Source of the DNA: a virus
Lineage: Duplodnaviria; Caudoviricetes
Length of the DNA: 55,003 nucleotides
IMG/VR virus record: IMGVR_UViG_3300030328_002398
Coordinates: 1-55,003 of that record
Reading direction: 5' to 3' (one strand)
Part shown: positions 17,146 through 25,949 of the stretch, in pieces
Layout: each line of letters starts with the position of its first letter
Position numbering within the stretch: position 1 is the stretch's first letter
Notes under the pieces: model-generated
The model's input: only the letters and a program-made list of their open reading frames with translations
What the model was told of the DNA's origin: nothing
The model's database searches: none
Position numbers and translations under genes: made by a program

Positions 17146-17831
17146 CGTTTGTTCATTTAAATAAACTCGGTGATTTTGAGTTAGAAGCCAATCAGATTGA
17201 TGGAGTGAGGTATTATACCCTTCCCAGTGGGAAGAAAGCTCCATCAATAACTTCAATAACAAGTTTCTATAATCGTCAAATTTTTGTGAATTGGCGTAAG
17301 AAAGTTGGTGAAGAAGAAGCGAATAAGATCACTAAAGTATCTACGGACAGAGGAACTAGATTCCATGAGTTGGTTGAAAAATACCTCTTAAATCAGGACA
17401 TAGATACCTTAGACGATGTATTGCCATCGACCAAAGCATTGTTTCTTGCAGCTAAGGATTCCTTAGATAAAATAAACAATATTCACGCTCTAGAGAAACC
17501 ACTATATAGTGAGTACTTTGGTATTGCTGGTAGGGTCGACTGCATTGCAGAGTATGATGGCGGATTAGCCATCATTGATTTCAAGACTTCTAAAAAAATC
17601 AAACCAGAGAAGTGGATTCAACAGTACTTCGTACAAGAAACCGCTTATGCTTGCATGTATTATGAGATGACAGGCACTGTAGTTGATAAAATTGTAACTA
17701 TAATGGTCGCTGAAAATGGCGATGTGAAAGTCTATGAAAAGTCGAACAAACGTGACTATATTAAACTTCTTACAAAATATGTCGAAGAATTTGTCACAAG
17801 TAAGCTCGGGGAATATGGAGAAAGACGTTGA
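17142..17831 (+). CDS. PD-(D/E)XK exonuclease
   Basis: RGTRFH, AGRVDCIAE, IIDFKTS, Q..AY. Confidence 0.88.
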   Translation: MTFVHLNKLGDFELEANQIDGVRYYTLPSGKKAPSITSITSFYNRQIFVNWRKKVGEEEANKITKVSTDRGTRFHELVEKYLLNQDIDTLDDVLPSTKALFLAAKDSLDKINNIHALEKPLYSEYFGIAGRVDCIAEYDGGLAIIDFKTSKKIKPEKWIQQYFVQETAYACMYYEMTGTVVDKIVTIMVAENGDVKVYEKSNKRDYIKLLTKYVEEFVTSKLGEYGERR

Positions 17832-18069
17832 TGTACTGCTCAAAGAGAAATTCCTTTGTCAGAATAAGTTTACTAGTGACATAGAATCACTTGTACAACA
17901 ATCTAAACTAAATTATATTGAAGCAATAATTAGTTATTGTGAAGATAATAATATAGAATTTGAGTCAGTAGGTAAATTAATTACCAAACCCCTTAAGGAG
18001 AAACTTAAGGCACAAGCTACGGAACTGAACTATCTTAAAAGGACTTCTAGATCTAAATTACCAATATGA
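17815..18069 (+). CDS. Late transcription co-activator gp33
   Basis: YIEAI..YCE...IE, KLI.KPLKEKL...A..LN; syntenic position. Confidence 0.85.
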   Translation: MEKDVDVLLKEKFLCQNKFTSDIESLVQQSKLNYIEAIISYCEDNNIEFESVGKLITKPLKEKLKAQATELNYLKRTSRSKLPI

Positions 18070-18359
18070 TTTTTTGGATTGGGTTTATAATAATGTTCCT
18101 CAATGAGGGGTTCGTTATGATGAGACACGTATCACCATTCTTTGCAGAACAAAGAGATAAGTTGATCGAAAGATTTGGTGAAGGGTGGCAGTATTTTCAT
18201 GGATTGCTAGATTACTTATGGGTAATTGTGGTAGTTCTTGGGTTTATATTTTCACCACATAGGGTTGCTCATTTGGTTGTCTTTACTGCCTTTTGGAGTG
18301 CTGCCCTTTTCGGAATTTACGTCCCTATGTGGGTCAAAAATAACGCTAAACCCTTATAA
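18066..18359 (+). CDS. Multi-TM hypothetical protein
   Basis: Three hydrophobic segments; ATGA overlap with gp33. Confidence 0.75.
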   Translation: MIFWIGFIIMFLNEGFVMMRHVSPFFAEQRDKLIERFGEGWQYFHGLLDYLWVIVVVLGFIFSPHRVAHLVVFTAFWSAALFGIYVPMWVKNNAKPL

Positions 18360-18388
18360 ATACCTATAGTTGAAAGCTAGGTTTAACC

Positions 18389-18736
18389 ATGAGTGAATTC
18401 TTTAAATCGCCTGTTGTTAGAGCCTCAATGGCCGAAATACAGACATTACAAGAAGACTTGATGGATGTTATGGCAAAGAAGGGATTCAATCCTTATTCGC
18501 CATTTACTAGGAGTCATCTTGAGTTGATGAAGAAACTTGTTGAAAAACAAAAGAACTTCATGTTTAGATTATCACTTGAAAAAGATGATCCTGATGCTCA
18601 GAAGATGAGAGAGCAAGCTCTTGAATCTGCTAAGTTTCTAGGCCTCCAACCAGGCCAGAATGTTGATGCTTTCTTCGATCATTTGTCCCAAACACTAGAA
18701 CGATTAGAAGGTCAGATCCCCACACAAGAGGATTGA
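18389..18736 (+). CDS. DUF1825-like protein
   Basis: FF.S.VV....EI..LQE; L.EKQ....FRLSL..DP.A. Confidence 0.7.
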   Translation: MSEFFKSPVVRASMAEIQTLQEDLMDVMAKKGFNPYSPFTRSHLELMKKLVEKQKNFMFRLSLEKDDPDAQKMREQALESAKFLGLQPGQNVDAFFDHLSQTLERLEGQIPTQED

Positions 18737-18761
18737 CAATTCTAACTAATACGATTATAAT
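18733..18761 (+). promoter_or_regulatory. Consensus sigma70 promoter for gp32
   Basis: TTGACA-17 nt-TATAAT. Confidence 0.8.
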
Positions 18762-18806
18762 AATACGGACAATACAATCCAAATACCAAAATACGGAGAA
18801 TATTAA

Positions 18807-19706
18807 ATGTCATTTGCTGACTTAAAAAAACAGTCCCGCTCTGGGTCTCTCACAGAGAGATTGATGAAGAAAGTTGAGAAACTCAACGAGAAGGGTAATA
18901 ATACTGATGAACGTCTGTGGAAACCAGCTGTAGATAAGGCAGGTAACGGTTATGCCGTTGTTAGATTCCTTCCTCAACATGCTAACATGGATCTTCCTTG
19001 GGTTCAGGTTTGGAGTCATGCCTTCCAAGGACCAGGCGGTTGGTATATTGAGAACTCTTTAACCACAGTAGGTAAAGATGATCCTGTTGGAGAACTAAAT
19101 CGTAGTCTCTGGAACAGTGGTCGTGAATCAGATAAGGATATTGCACGTAAGCAGAAGCGTAAGCTTTCTTACTATGCAAATGTATATGTTGTTAAGGATG
19201 CTTCCAATCCTGAGAATGAAGGTAAAGTTTTCATTTACAAGTTTGGTAAGAAGATCTTTGATAAGATTACTGCTGCAATGCAACCAGAATTTGAGGATGA
19301 GGATCCAATCAATCCATTTGATTTCTGGAAAGGTGCAAACTTCAAGTTGAAGATCAAACAGGTTGCAGGGTTCTGGAACTATGATAGTTCAGAGTTTGGT
19401 AAGGTAGAAGCACTACTAGATGATGATAAGGCACTTGAAGGAATTTATGATAAGGTTAATGACCTAAGTGAATTCGTTGCTCCTGATCAGTTCAAGGACT
19501 ACGAGGCTCTTAAGAAGCGTCTTGATACAGTTCTTGGTGCTAAACAGAGAGTAGTGCCATTTGTAGAAGAAGAGGACAATACTCGTGAAGAGGCTGCTCC
19601 TGTTGCAACAGACGATGAACTAAGTAAAGTTCCTGTTGCTGCTACTGCAAATACAGATGAAGAAGATGATGCGCTTAAATACTTCCAGCAGTTAGCTGAG
19701 GAGTAA
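18807..19706 (+). CDS. Single-stranded DNA-binding protein gp32
   Basis: DERLWKP, GNGYAVVRFLP, WYIEN, YKFGKKIFDKI, NYD.S.F; acidic tail. Confidence 0.95.
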   Translation: MSFADLKKQSRSGSLTERLMKKVEKLNEKGNNTDERLWKPAVDKAGNGYAVVRFLPQHANMDLPWVQVWSHAFQGPGGWYIENSLTTVGKDDPVGELNRSLWNSGRESDKDIARKQKRKLSYYANVYVVKDASNPENEGKVFIYKFGKKIFDKITAAMQPEFEDEDPINPFDFWKGANFKLKIKQVAGFWNYDSSEFGKVEALLDDDKALEGIYDKVNDLSEFVAPDQFKDYEALKKRLDTVLGAKQRVVPFVEEEDNTREEAAPVATDDELSKVPVAATANTDEEDDALKYFQQLAEE

Positions 19707-19853
19707 ATGGAGCTAAAAAAACCGCTGATGCATGTTAGATTGCACCAGCTTGGTTTCTTTTGGTGGGATCCTAGGATCGACCCTAGAGAACCAGAATATT
19801 GGGGCCCCGATGGGGGCTCCTTTTTTTATGATCCGCTAAGTCTTGGATTGTGA
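19707..19853 (+). CDS. 48-aa ORF spanning the gp32 terminator (not in ORF track)
   Basis: GAGGAG RBS; ATG immediately after the gp32 stop. Confidence 0.45.
   Translation: MELKKPLMHVRLHQLGFFWWDPRIDPREPEYWGPDGGSFFYDPLSLGL
19801..19827 (+). terminator. Intrinsic terminator at convergent junction
   Basis: GGGGCCCC-GATG-GGGGCTCC followed by T7. Confidence 0.85.
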
Positions 19854-20593
19854 GCCTGTTTTAAGTAAGTTGTTTTGAATTGACTGGACTGTTTATATTT
19901 GAATATTCTCTTCATATCATTATATACAACATCTAAGTAATCTCTCTTAAGAACTTTAATTCTCCTCTTAGAATTATTAAGGTCAGTCTCATAATCCAAA
20001 TTTGTTACTTTTTTAACATTATTGTTTCTAATAACATTTCCAGAAGAATCCCTTGCAGTTCCCACTGAATCTACAGATGTTGCAGTAGGTACATTTGTAT
20101 TTGCCACACCACTACTATAACTTAATTCTTGTTGGTACTCAGCATTATATGCAATGAAATTAAAGTCAAAGTTTGAATCTACTGTTAATCCAGATGGTAT
20201 TACTATTCTTGAATAGTTATCTACCATATAGAGAGTTTCATAGTGATGTACGTCGTTTAATTTCTCATCATTACCATACTTCTCCATTAGAAAATTTCTA
20301 AAGTCATTACTTCCTAATGGCCATTCATCTCTGATATTAATTATATTATTACAAGTTAGAACAACCCAATCAAGTCTAGGATCTCCATAGAGTTCATTTG
20401 CAACTTGTGATGGTCTAAGATCTTCACCAATAACATAATCATTAAATGCAGTAAATACTGAACTTAAGTCAGAACGAAGTCTGCCTCTCTTAAATAAATT
20501 CTTTACCTGAATAAATTCATCATTAGAACTTCTATCAGTCGTTCTAGAGACGTAGTTTATATTTGGTAAGTGTGAAAAGTATCCTCTAGCCAT
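19826..20593 (-). CDS. Baseplate wedge subunit gp53
   Basis: YF..LP.I.Y, RP.QVA.ELYGD..LDWVVL..NNI, HHYET, KRRIKVLK. Confidence 0.9.
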   Translation of the reverse strand: MARGYFSHLPNINYVSRTTDRSSNDEFIQVKNLFKRGRLRSDLSSVFTAFNDYVIGEDLRPSQVANELYGDPRLDWVVLTCNNIINIRDEWPLGSNDFRNFLMEKYGNDEKLNDVHHYETLYMVDNYSRIVIPSGLTVDSNFDFNFIAYNAEYQQELSYSSGVANTNVPTATSVDSVGTARDSSGNVIRNNNVKKVTNLDYETDLNNSKRRIKVLKRDYLDVVYNDMKRIFKYKQSSQFKTTYLKQAHNPRLSGS

Positions 20594-20594
20594 T

Positions 20595-22280
20595 TTAGTA
20601 ACCTACGTCTGAACTTGATGGAACGTCTTGTTTTACAATGCTTATTGGCATTAAATCTCCAAGGGAGTTTGGATCACTAGGGTCAAATGCTCTACCTTCT
20701 TGAACGTTGTCTTGATAATCAGTATTATATATTGGTTCTAGTTCTGCAAATTGCAGATCCATAGTTACAGATATTGGTTGCCCACCATCATAGGCATTCC
20801 ATGTATTGTCTGGTGTATATACCACAGATATACCAGTTAGAGCGCATGGTTTAAACTTATTTGCTCCTAATATAGTTCTTCCACCACCAGTCATATACCT
20901 CAGTCTGAAGACGTTTGGAGTACCTAGGAAGTATGATGGAGATCCAGCTTTACCTATGGTATCTCCAGCTTGTTCTCCTGAATTTAGTTTTACTAGTTTT
21001 CTAGGAGCAGACCATTGTTTAAATGCACGAATAATCATTCTTATATTATGAGCTTCCATTTCGTCTCTTGGAGTCATTCTCCAATTAAAACCAAATGATC
21101 TTAATTTTACTCCAGAGAACATAAGTTCAGTATTAGAGTTGGCAACAACACCACCAGCTCTACTTAATATTGTTTCTGGTGTTATATCGTATCCAAGTTT
21201 TCCAGTTAATTGACTTAGTAAGTTAGCACCTATTTCTCCTCTACCTGCTTCTTTAGTACCTATAGCTGTATAGATTGCTGCTTGACCAGTTAATCTATTA
21301 AAAGCATCTGCTGTGTTGATGCCTCTCATCATATCACCAGTTATAGTACCACCGATTGCACCTGCTAATAGAGTTCCTGCTTTACTGGTAAATGTTTTAT
21401 TGACATGTTGTAAGGCTCCCATTGCCATGGTCGACATATTATCATCAACCCATTGAGTTTCATTTTTATCAGCAACCATGTTGGGCATTGGTAATATTAT
21501 TCCTGCTCCCAATCTCTTTCTATATGGTGATTGTCTTGATAATCCATATCCAAGACTAGTTTCTCCATCATCATCACCAAAACTTCTTTCCATAGAAGCT
21601 TCATATGGAGGTTGATATGAATAACAATCAATCTTCATATAGTCTTGTTGAGGTGATATATCCATAGGGTATGCTACGACCCTTTTCATAAATGAATCGT
21701 TCTCAACATCATAACTTCCACCTTGTATTCCAGATTTCTCAACAAAAGATGCTGGTCCTTCTGTTAGTAATTGCCATCCTACTTGTGCAGTTTGAACAGT
21801 ACCCTTAATAATATTAGCACCCCACCTTATAGGTGCTGGAACAAGATGGTTCCATACGAAAGAACCTAGATCGAATCCAGAAGCTTCATTCTCTGCTATA
21901 CTCTGTGCTATTTGATTATCTGTAGTTGCAACTCCAAATCCTTGTTGATCCGAATCAGCCCATTGTGGGACTTCTTGATTTGTTCTGGTGGTATGTTCCC
22001 TTACTCCTGTTTGTACTTTACCATGAATAACTTCTTGCGTACTAGTATCTAATCCTTCAAATTGAGTTGTATCCCATACTCCGTTTGTGTATATTGGTTT
22101 AGCGTCTATTAATATTTCTCCAGTTGAATCTACTGGTAATACCTGTGCAGTTCTTGTATCACCAAAATAAAATAGTTTATAGTTTTGGGTTTTATTTGTA
22201 TTACTATTAGTCGCTGTGATTCCTGGCGTACCATCAGGTCCGATATAGTTTGGATTTACTTCTTGTCTTAATGCTGACAT
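20595..22280 (-). CDS. Baseplate tail-tube cap gp48
   Basis: IILPMP, N.N.ELMF.G..LRSF.F...MTPR...EA, P.VF.L, L.F.ELEP. Confidence 0.88.
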   Translation of the reverse strand: MSALRQEVNPNYIGPDGTPGITATNSNTNKTQNYKLFYFGDTRTAQVLPVDSTGEILIDAKPIYTNGVWDTTQFEGLDTSTQEVIHGKVQTGVREHTTRTNQEVPQWADSDQQGFGVATTDNQIAQSIAENEASGFDLGSFVWNHLVPAPIRWGANIIKGTVQTAQVGWQLLTEGPASFVEKSGIQGGSYDVENDSFMKRVVAYPMDISPQQDYMKIDCYSYQPPYEASMERSFGDDDGETSLGYGLSRQSPYRKRLGAGIILPMPNMVADKNETQWVDDNMSTMAMGALQHVNKTFTSKAGTLLAGAIGGTITGDMMRGINTADAFNRLTGQAAIYTAIGTKEAGRGEIGANLLSQLTGKLGYDITPETILSRAGGVVANSNTELMFSGVKLRSFGFNWRMTPRDEMEAHNIRMIIRAFKQWSAPRKLVKLNSGEQAGDTIGKAGSPSYFLGTPNVFRLRYMTGGGRTILGANKFKPCALTGISVVYTPDNTWNAYDGGQPISVTMDLQFAELEPIYNTDYQDNVQEGRAFDPSDPNSLGDLMPISIVKQDVPSSSDVGY

Positions 22281-22774
22281 TATTTTTTCCAGTTCCAGGC
22301 TTTGTGTTTAGGATATTTCATTCCCCGTGGATCATAAAATTTCTCGGTTGGAAGAAGAGATATCTCTTCCCAATCTTCATTGTCTGGGACTTTATATAAA
22401 TTGCCTATACCTTCATAGAGGTATTTGTGTAGGCTATTTTTTGGTACAGTAGTACCTCCGCCACTATTTAGAAGACTTTTTGCAACTTGGTCTCGATATT
22501 GTGGATTTATATAGTGCAAGTTGCATCCAAGGAACCCATCTTTATAAAAACTAAGAGCAACTGCTAGTGGTTGTATATCCCAAAATTCATATCTTTCAGG
22601 GTATTTTGCACCATATGAAAAGAAGAACATATTCCCAATTTCAATTCCACCAGTATCAGTAGAACTGATGTTTCTTTCTTGTAGAGGACCTAAAGAAGTT
22701 TCTAATTCGGAGATAAACCAGTCTCCACTTCTCTTCTTTTTACCAGCCTTTTTTCGTATTTCTGCTCCAATCAT
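22280..22774 (-). CDS. DNA end protector gp2-like
   Basis: FF.Y.AKY....FWD..PL, GFLG.NLHY. Confidence 0.75.
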   Translation of the reverse strand: MIGAEIRKKAGKKKRSGDWFISELETSLGPLQERNISSTDTGGIEIGNMFFFSYGAKYPERYEFWDIQPLAVALSFYKDGFLGCNLHYINPQYRDQVAKSLLNSGGGTTVPKNSLHKYLYEGIGNLYKVPDNEDWEEISLLPTEKFYDPRGMKYPKHKAWNWKK

Positions 22775-23214
22775 ATTCCTAGATCATCCTCGGTCATGAT
22801 TTTGAATTCATACTTTCTATCATCACAGTAGTTTTTTGCTGCTTCCCACTTTGCTTGATTGATAACGTATGTTTGTACTTCATATGCCCATGATTTAGTT
22901 CTTTTCTTTGGGTTCTTTTTGGGCATTAGTAGTTGTTTCTTTGGTTTAACTTCAATTACAACAGATCTTTTTATACCTTTAGCATCCTTATATTTGATAA
23001 AGAAGTCTGGGAAGTACCTATGTGTCCTATTATCTATGGGACTCTTATATGGAATCCAGAATTCTTCTGATTGCCATTGACTTATACTTTCATTTAAGTC
23101 ACAGTATTCCATAAACTTTCTTTCCCATAATGATCTATAAACGATCTGTGTTGGGTCACCTTTATACTTTTTAGTATGTTTAGGTCTGTATTTTCCCTTA
23201 TAAGCCATATACAT
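22771..23214 (-). CDS. Head completion nuclease gp4
   Basis: YKGKY.P....KY.GD...I.YRSLWE, HRYFPDF, IEVKP, NQAKW.AA. Confidence 0.92.
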   Translation of the reverse strand: MYMAYKGKYRPKHTKKYKGDPTQIVYRSLWERKFMEYCDLNESISQWQSEEFWIPYKSPIDNRTHRYFPDFFIKYKDAKGIKRSVVIEVKPKKQLLMPKKNPKKRTKSWAYEVQTYVINQAKWEAAKNYCDDRKYEFKIMTEDDLGI

Positions 23215-23234
23215 AGTATGTGGGGATCATGCAT

Positions 23235-23241
23235 TATTTAG
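23235..23241 (-). promoter_or_regulatory. Late promoter for the minus-strand gp4-gp53 operon
   Basis: TATTTAG (CTAAATA on the minus strand) upstream of gp4. Confidence 0.6.
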
Positions 23242-24204
23242 ATGTCGGCAAACAATTTAGTAGATAGGAATTTAGAAGCTAATCCTACCGTAGCTGCGGT
23301 TGATGGTGCTGCTGCAGCTCAATCTTTTCAAAATTTCTTATCTTCTCCTGCTCTTTCCAATACTTTTAAAGTATCTTTAGGTCTTGGTCAAGCTGGAGGA
23401 GATGCAGATAGAGATTTGAGTGCTTGGCTCACTAGTGCTGGAGTATTCAGACAATCTTCCCCAGAAAGGTTTAATTTTCTATGTTCTGATGCAAGTTTGC
23501 CTGGAACTAATCTAGCTTCATTTGAAGAGACTGGTGCTAGACAAGGTGTAACAGAATTCTTTGCAAATAATAGAGCATATGTTGATCTGAATTTAAAATT
23601 TTATCTTTCATCTGATTATCAAGTTCTTAAAGTATTTCAAGAGTGGATTAACTTTATTAATCCAATATATGCTGCTAATGGTGGTATGAGAAATAGAGCT
23701 GGTAATCCTAGAGGATATGGTCATCAAGCAGAACGCAATGGATTTAAGAGGTTTAGATATCCCAATAGTTATAAGAGAAATATGATGGTTACTAAATTTG
23801 AGAGAAATTTAGATGTTAAGAGTAGAACTACTAAGGATACTTTCTATCAACATTCTTCAGGCCTGACAGGATCAAGGTCTGGAGTAGTAGCACCAATTCA
23901 ACCACCTGATAAACCAAATCCATTAACATATATTTTCACCAATGCATTTCCAGAGAGTGTTGATAGTATTCCATTATCTTATGGTGATGCTCAGATTCTT
24001 CAGGTAACTGTTAATTTTAAATATGATAGGTATGTTATATCACAACCAGAGAATGATGGAGAACCACCTCAATTTGCAAATTCAATAGCTCGGGGTAAAG
24101 ACGGATCTACGAATTTATCTGGAGCATTTTCAGATTACCCTACCCAGTACAACAGTGGTACGGATATGACAGGCTATACTTTACAAAACGAAGTTCAAAC
24201 CTAA
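23242..24204 (+). CDS. Tail-tube initiator / gp54-gp19-like protein
   Basis: LC.DASLPG, FQEWINFI, RFRYP..YK, NAFP.SV.SIPLSY, VTVNF.YDRY. Confidence 0.75.
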   Translation: MSANNLVDRNLEANPTVAAVDGAAAAQSFQNFLSSPALSNTFKVSLGLGQAGGDADRDLSAWLTSAGVFRQSSPERFNFLCSDASLPGTNLASFEETGARQGVTEFFANNRAYVDLNLKFYLSSDYQVLKVFQEWINFINPIYAANGGMRNRAGNPRGYGHQAERNGFKRFRYPNSYKRNMMVTKFERNLDVKSRTTKDTFYQHSSGLTGSRSGVVAPIQPPDKPNPLTYIFTNAFPESVDSIPLSYGDAQILQVTVNFKYDRYVISQPENDGEPPQFANSIARGKDGSTNLSGAFSDYPTQYNSGTDMTGYTLQNEVQT

Positions 24205-24238
24205 ATACAGGTGTGCCACATTACAAAGTGTCCATAAT

Positions 24239-24769
24239 ATGAAGACTTTTCCCGAATTTATGTTAGAATGTAGCTCTCTTAATGAGGGTGGAATGTCTCG
24301 TGTCGTTTCTCATTCTAAGAGTCGCAACACGGCAGTTCTAACTGCAACAAGAGGTGATAAGTCAAAAAAGGAGAATAAAAAGAGTAACAAGGAGTTACGC
24401 AAGAAGATCCGTAGTCACGGCTATGGATATAAAGAAGTCAAGGGAGAATATCCTGAGAAGGATGATAAGGGTAACACTAAAACAGTGAGCGAACCATCTG
24501 TTGTTGTTAATGCTCCTAAGAAAAAGTATAGAACTTTTAAGAAAAGGATGAAAAGACTTGGTAAAGAATATAACCAAGATTCAGTAATCACTAAGAAGGG
24601 TAAAGGCAAAGCGACTTTACATCCCACTACCAAGAGAGGTAAAAAGACCTCAACTGGAGTTTCTAATAAAGGTTCTAAACTAGGACAAGTAAGACCAGGC
24701 AAAACTGGCGAATATGGACACACTAAAGTTGGGAAGAAAACTTACACCTATGAACAAATCATACGATGA
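24239..24769 (+). CDS. Basic protein with T4 internal-protein-like N-terminus (DUF3293-like core)
   Basis: MKTFPEFMLE...LNE start; LG..YNQDSV. Confidence 0.65.
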   Translation: MKTFPEFMLECSSLNEGGMSRVVSHSKSRNTAVLTATRGDKSKKENKKSNKELRKKIRSHGYGYKEVKGEYPEKDDKGNTKTVSEPSVVVNAPKKKYRTFKKRMKRLGKEYNQDSVITKKGKGKATLHPTTKRGKKTSTGVSNKGSKLGQVRPGKTGEYGHTKVGKKTYTYEQIIR

Positions 24770-24983
24770 CTCCAATTGGAGAGAAGAGTTTAAGGGATAC
24801 GTTAATAGTCCCTATCAAGCAGAACTACTAGAGAATGGACCTAAGAGTCTGTCTCAGTCATGGATGATGGGAGCATTATATAATAAATGGAAGAAGATGA
24901 AAGGATATGTGGATCCAGAACCGCCTGATTGTCAGAGCAGTATGAAAGAGTGGGAAGAGAGTATAAAAAAGTATCAAAAGTAA
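24750..24983 (+). CDS. Hypothetical protein
   Basis: YDDSNWREE, GPKSLSQSW, EPPDCQSS. Confidence 0.75.
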   Translation: MNKSYDDSNWREEFKGYVNSPYQAELLENGPKSLSQSWMMGALYNKWKKMKGYVDPEPPDCQSSMKEWEESIKKYQK

Positions 24984-25038
24984 AAGTCCCAAAAAACCGT
25001 CTAAATAACTTTATAATGAAATGACTTGATAACTTATC

Positions 25039-25758
25039 ATGCCTTTACCAAAGATTAGTACTTCTCAACATGAGCTGACTTTACCTTCTACTGGTAAGAA
25101 GATTAAATTTAGACCTTTTTTAGTTAGGGAAGAGAAGATTCTAATTCTCGCTTTAGAATCACAAAATCAAAAACAAATATCAAACGCAGTTAAACAGGTA
25201 TTAAAGGATTGTATTTTAACTAGAGGTATCAAAGTTGATACTTTACCTAGTTTTGATATAGAGTATATCTTTTTAAATGTTCGTGGTAAATCTGTTGGAG
25301 AACAGATTGAGATTGTTGTTACCTGTGGTGATGATGGTGAGACCCAAGTTCCTGTATCAATTGGTATTGATGAAGTACAGGTTAAGACTGATCCCAACCA
25401 TACTCCAGAAATTCAATTGGGAGAAGGATATACTTTAAAAATGAAGTATCCTTCATTAAATCAATTCTTAGAAGATAATTTCTCAGAAGAAGATGAATCT
25501 GGTGTAGAGAAGTCTTTCCAGATTATAGCATCTGCTATTGATACTGTTTATAATGAAGAAAATGTGTGGGGTGCAGCTGATTGTAGTAAGAAAGAACTTG
25601 TAGAATGGCTTGAATCTCTGACATCAGAACAGTTCAAGAAGATTGAGTCTTTCTTTGAGACAATGCCTAAACTTACTCATGAAATAACAGTTACTAATCC
25701 TAAAACTGGTAAGGAAAATAAAGTAGTATTGGAGGGATTGTCGGATTTTTTCGCCTAA
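25039..25758 (+). CDS. Baseplate hub subunit gp26
   Basis: MPLPKI, FRPFLVREEKIL, FDIEYIFL..R.KSVGE, FFETMPKL, LEGL..FF. Confidence 0.92.
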   Translation: MPLPKISTSQHELTLPSTGKKIKFRPFLVREEKILILALESQNQKQISNAVKQVLKDCILTRGIKVDTLPSFDIEYIFLNVRGKSVGEQIEIVVTCGDDGETQVPVSIGIDEVQVKTDPNHTPEIQLGEGYTLKMKYPSLNQFLEDNFSEEDESGVEKSFQIIASAIDTVYNEENVWGAADCSKKELVEWLESLTSEQFKKIESFFETMPKLTHEITVTNPKTGKENKVVLEGLSDFFA

Positions 25759-25760
25759 GT

Positions 25761-25949
25761 ATGGCTCATGTAGATCTTGAGACATACTTCCGAATTAATT
25801 TTGCTTTGATGCAGTTCCATAAATATTCATTGACTGAAATAGAGAATATGGTTTCGTGGGAACGAGACATTTATGTTGGATTGCTCAGACAACATATTGA
25901 GGATGAGAATCTAAAAGCACAACAAAAAGCAGCACAACAAAGGGCTTAG
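25761..25949 (+). CDS. Baseplate hub assembly protein gp51
   Basis: NFALMQ.HKYSL.EIENM..WERDIY. Confidence 0.9.
   Translation: MAHVDLETYFRINFALMQFHKYSLTEIENMVSWERDIYVGLLRQHIEDENLKAQQKAAQQRA

Noticed and set aside
17142-17831. Possible Cas4/CRISPR system
   Set aside because: This is the ordinary T4-like cyanophage PD-(D/E)XK exonuclease next to phoH. It lacks the Cas4 Fe-S cysteine pattern, and I saw no repeat-spacer array in the window.
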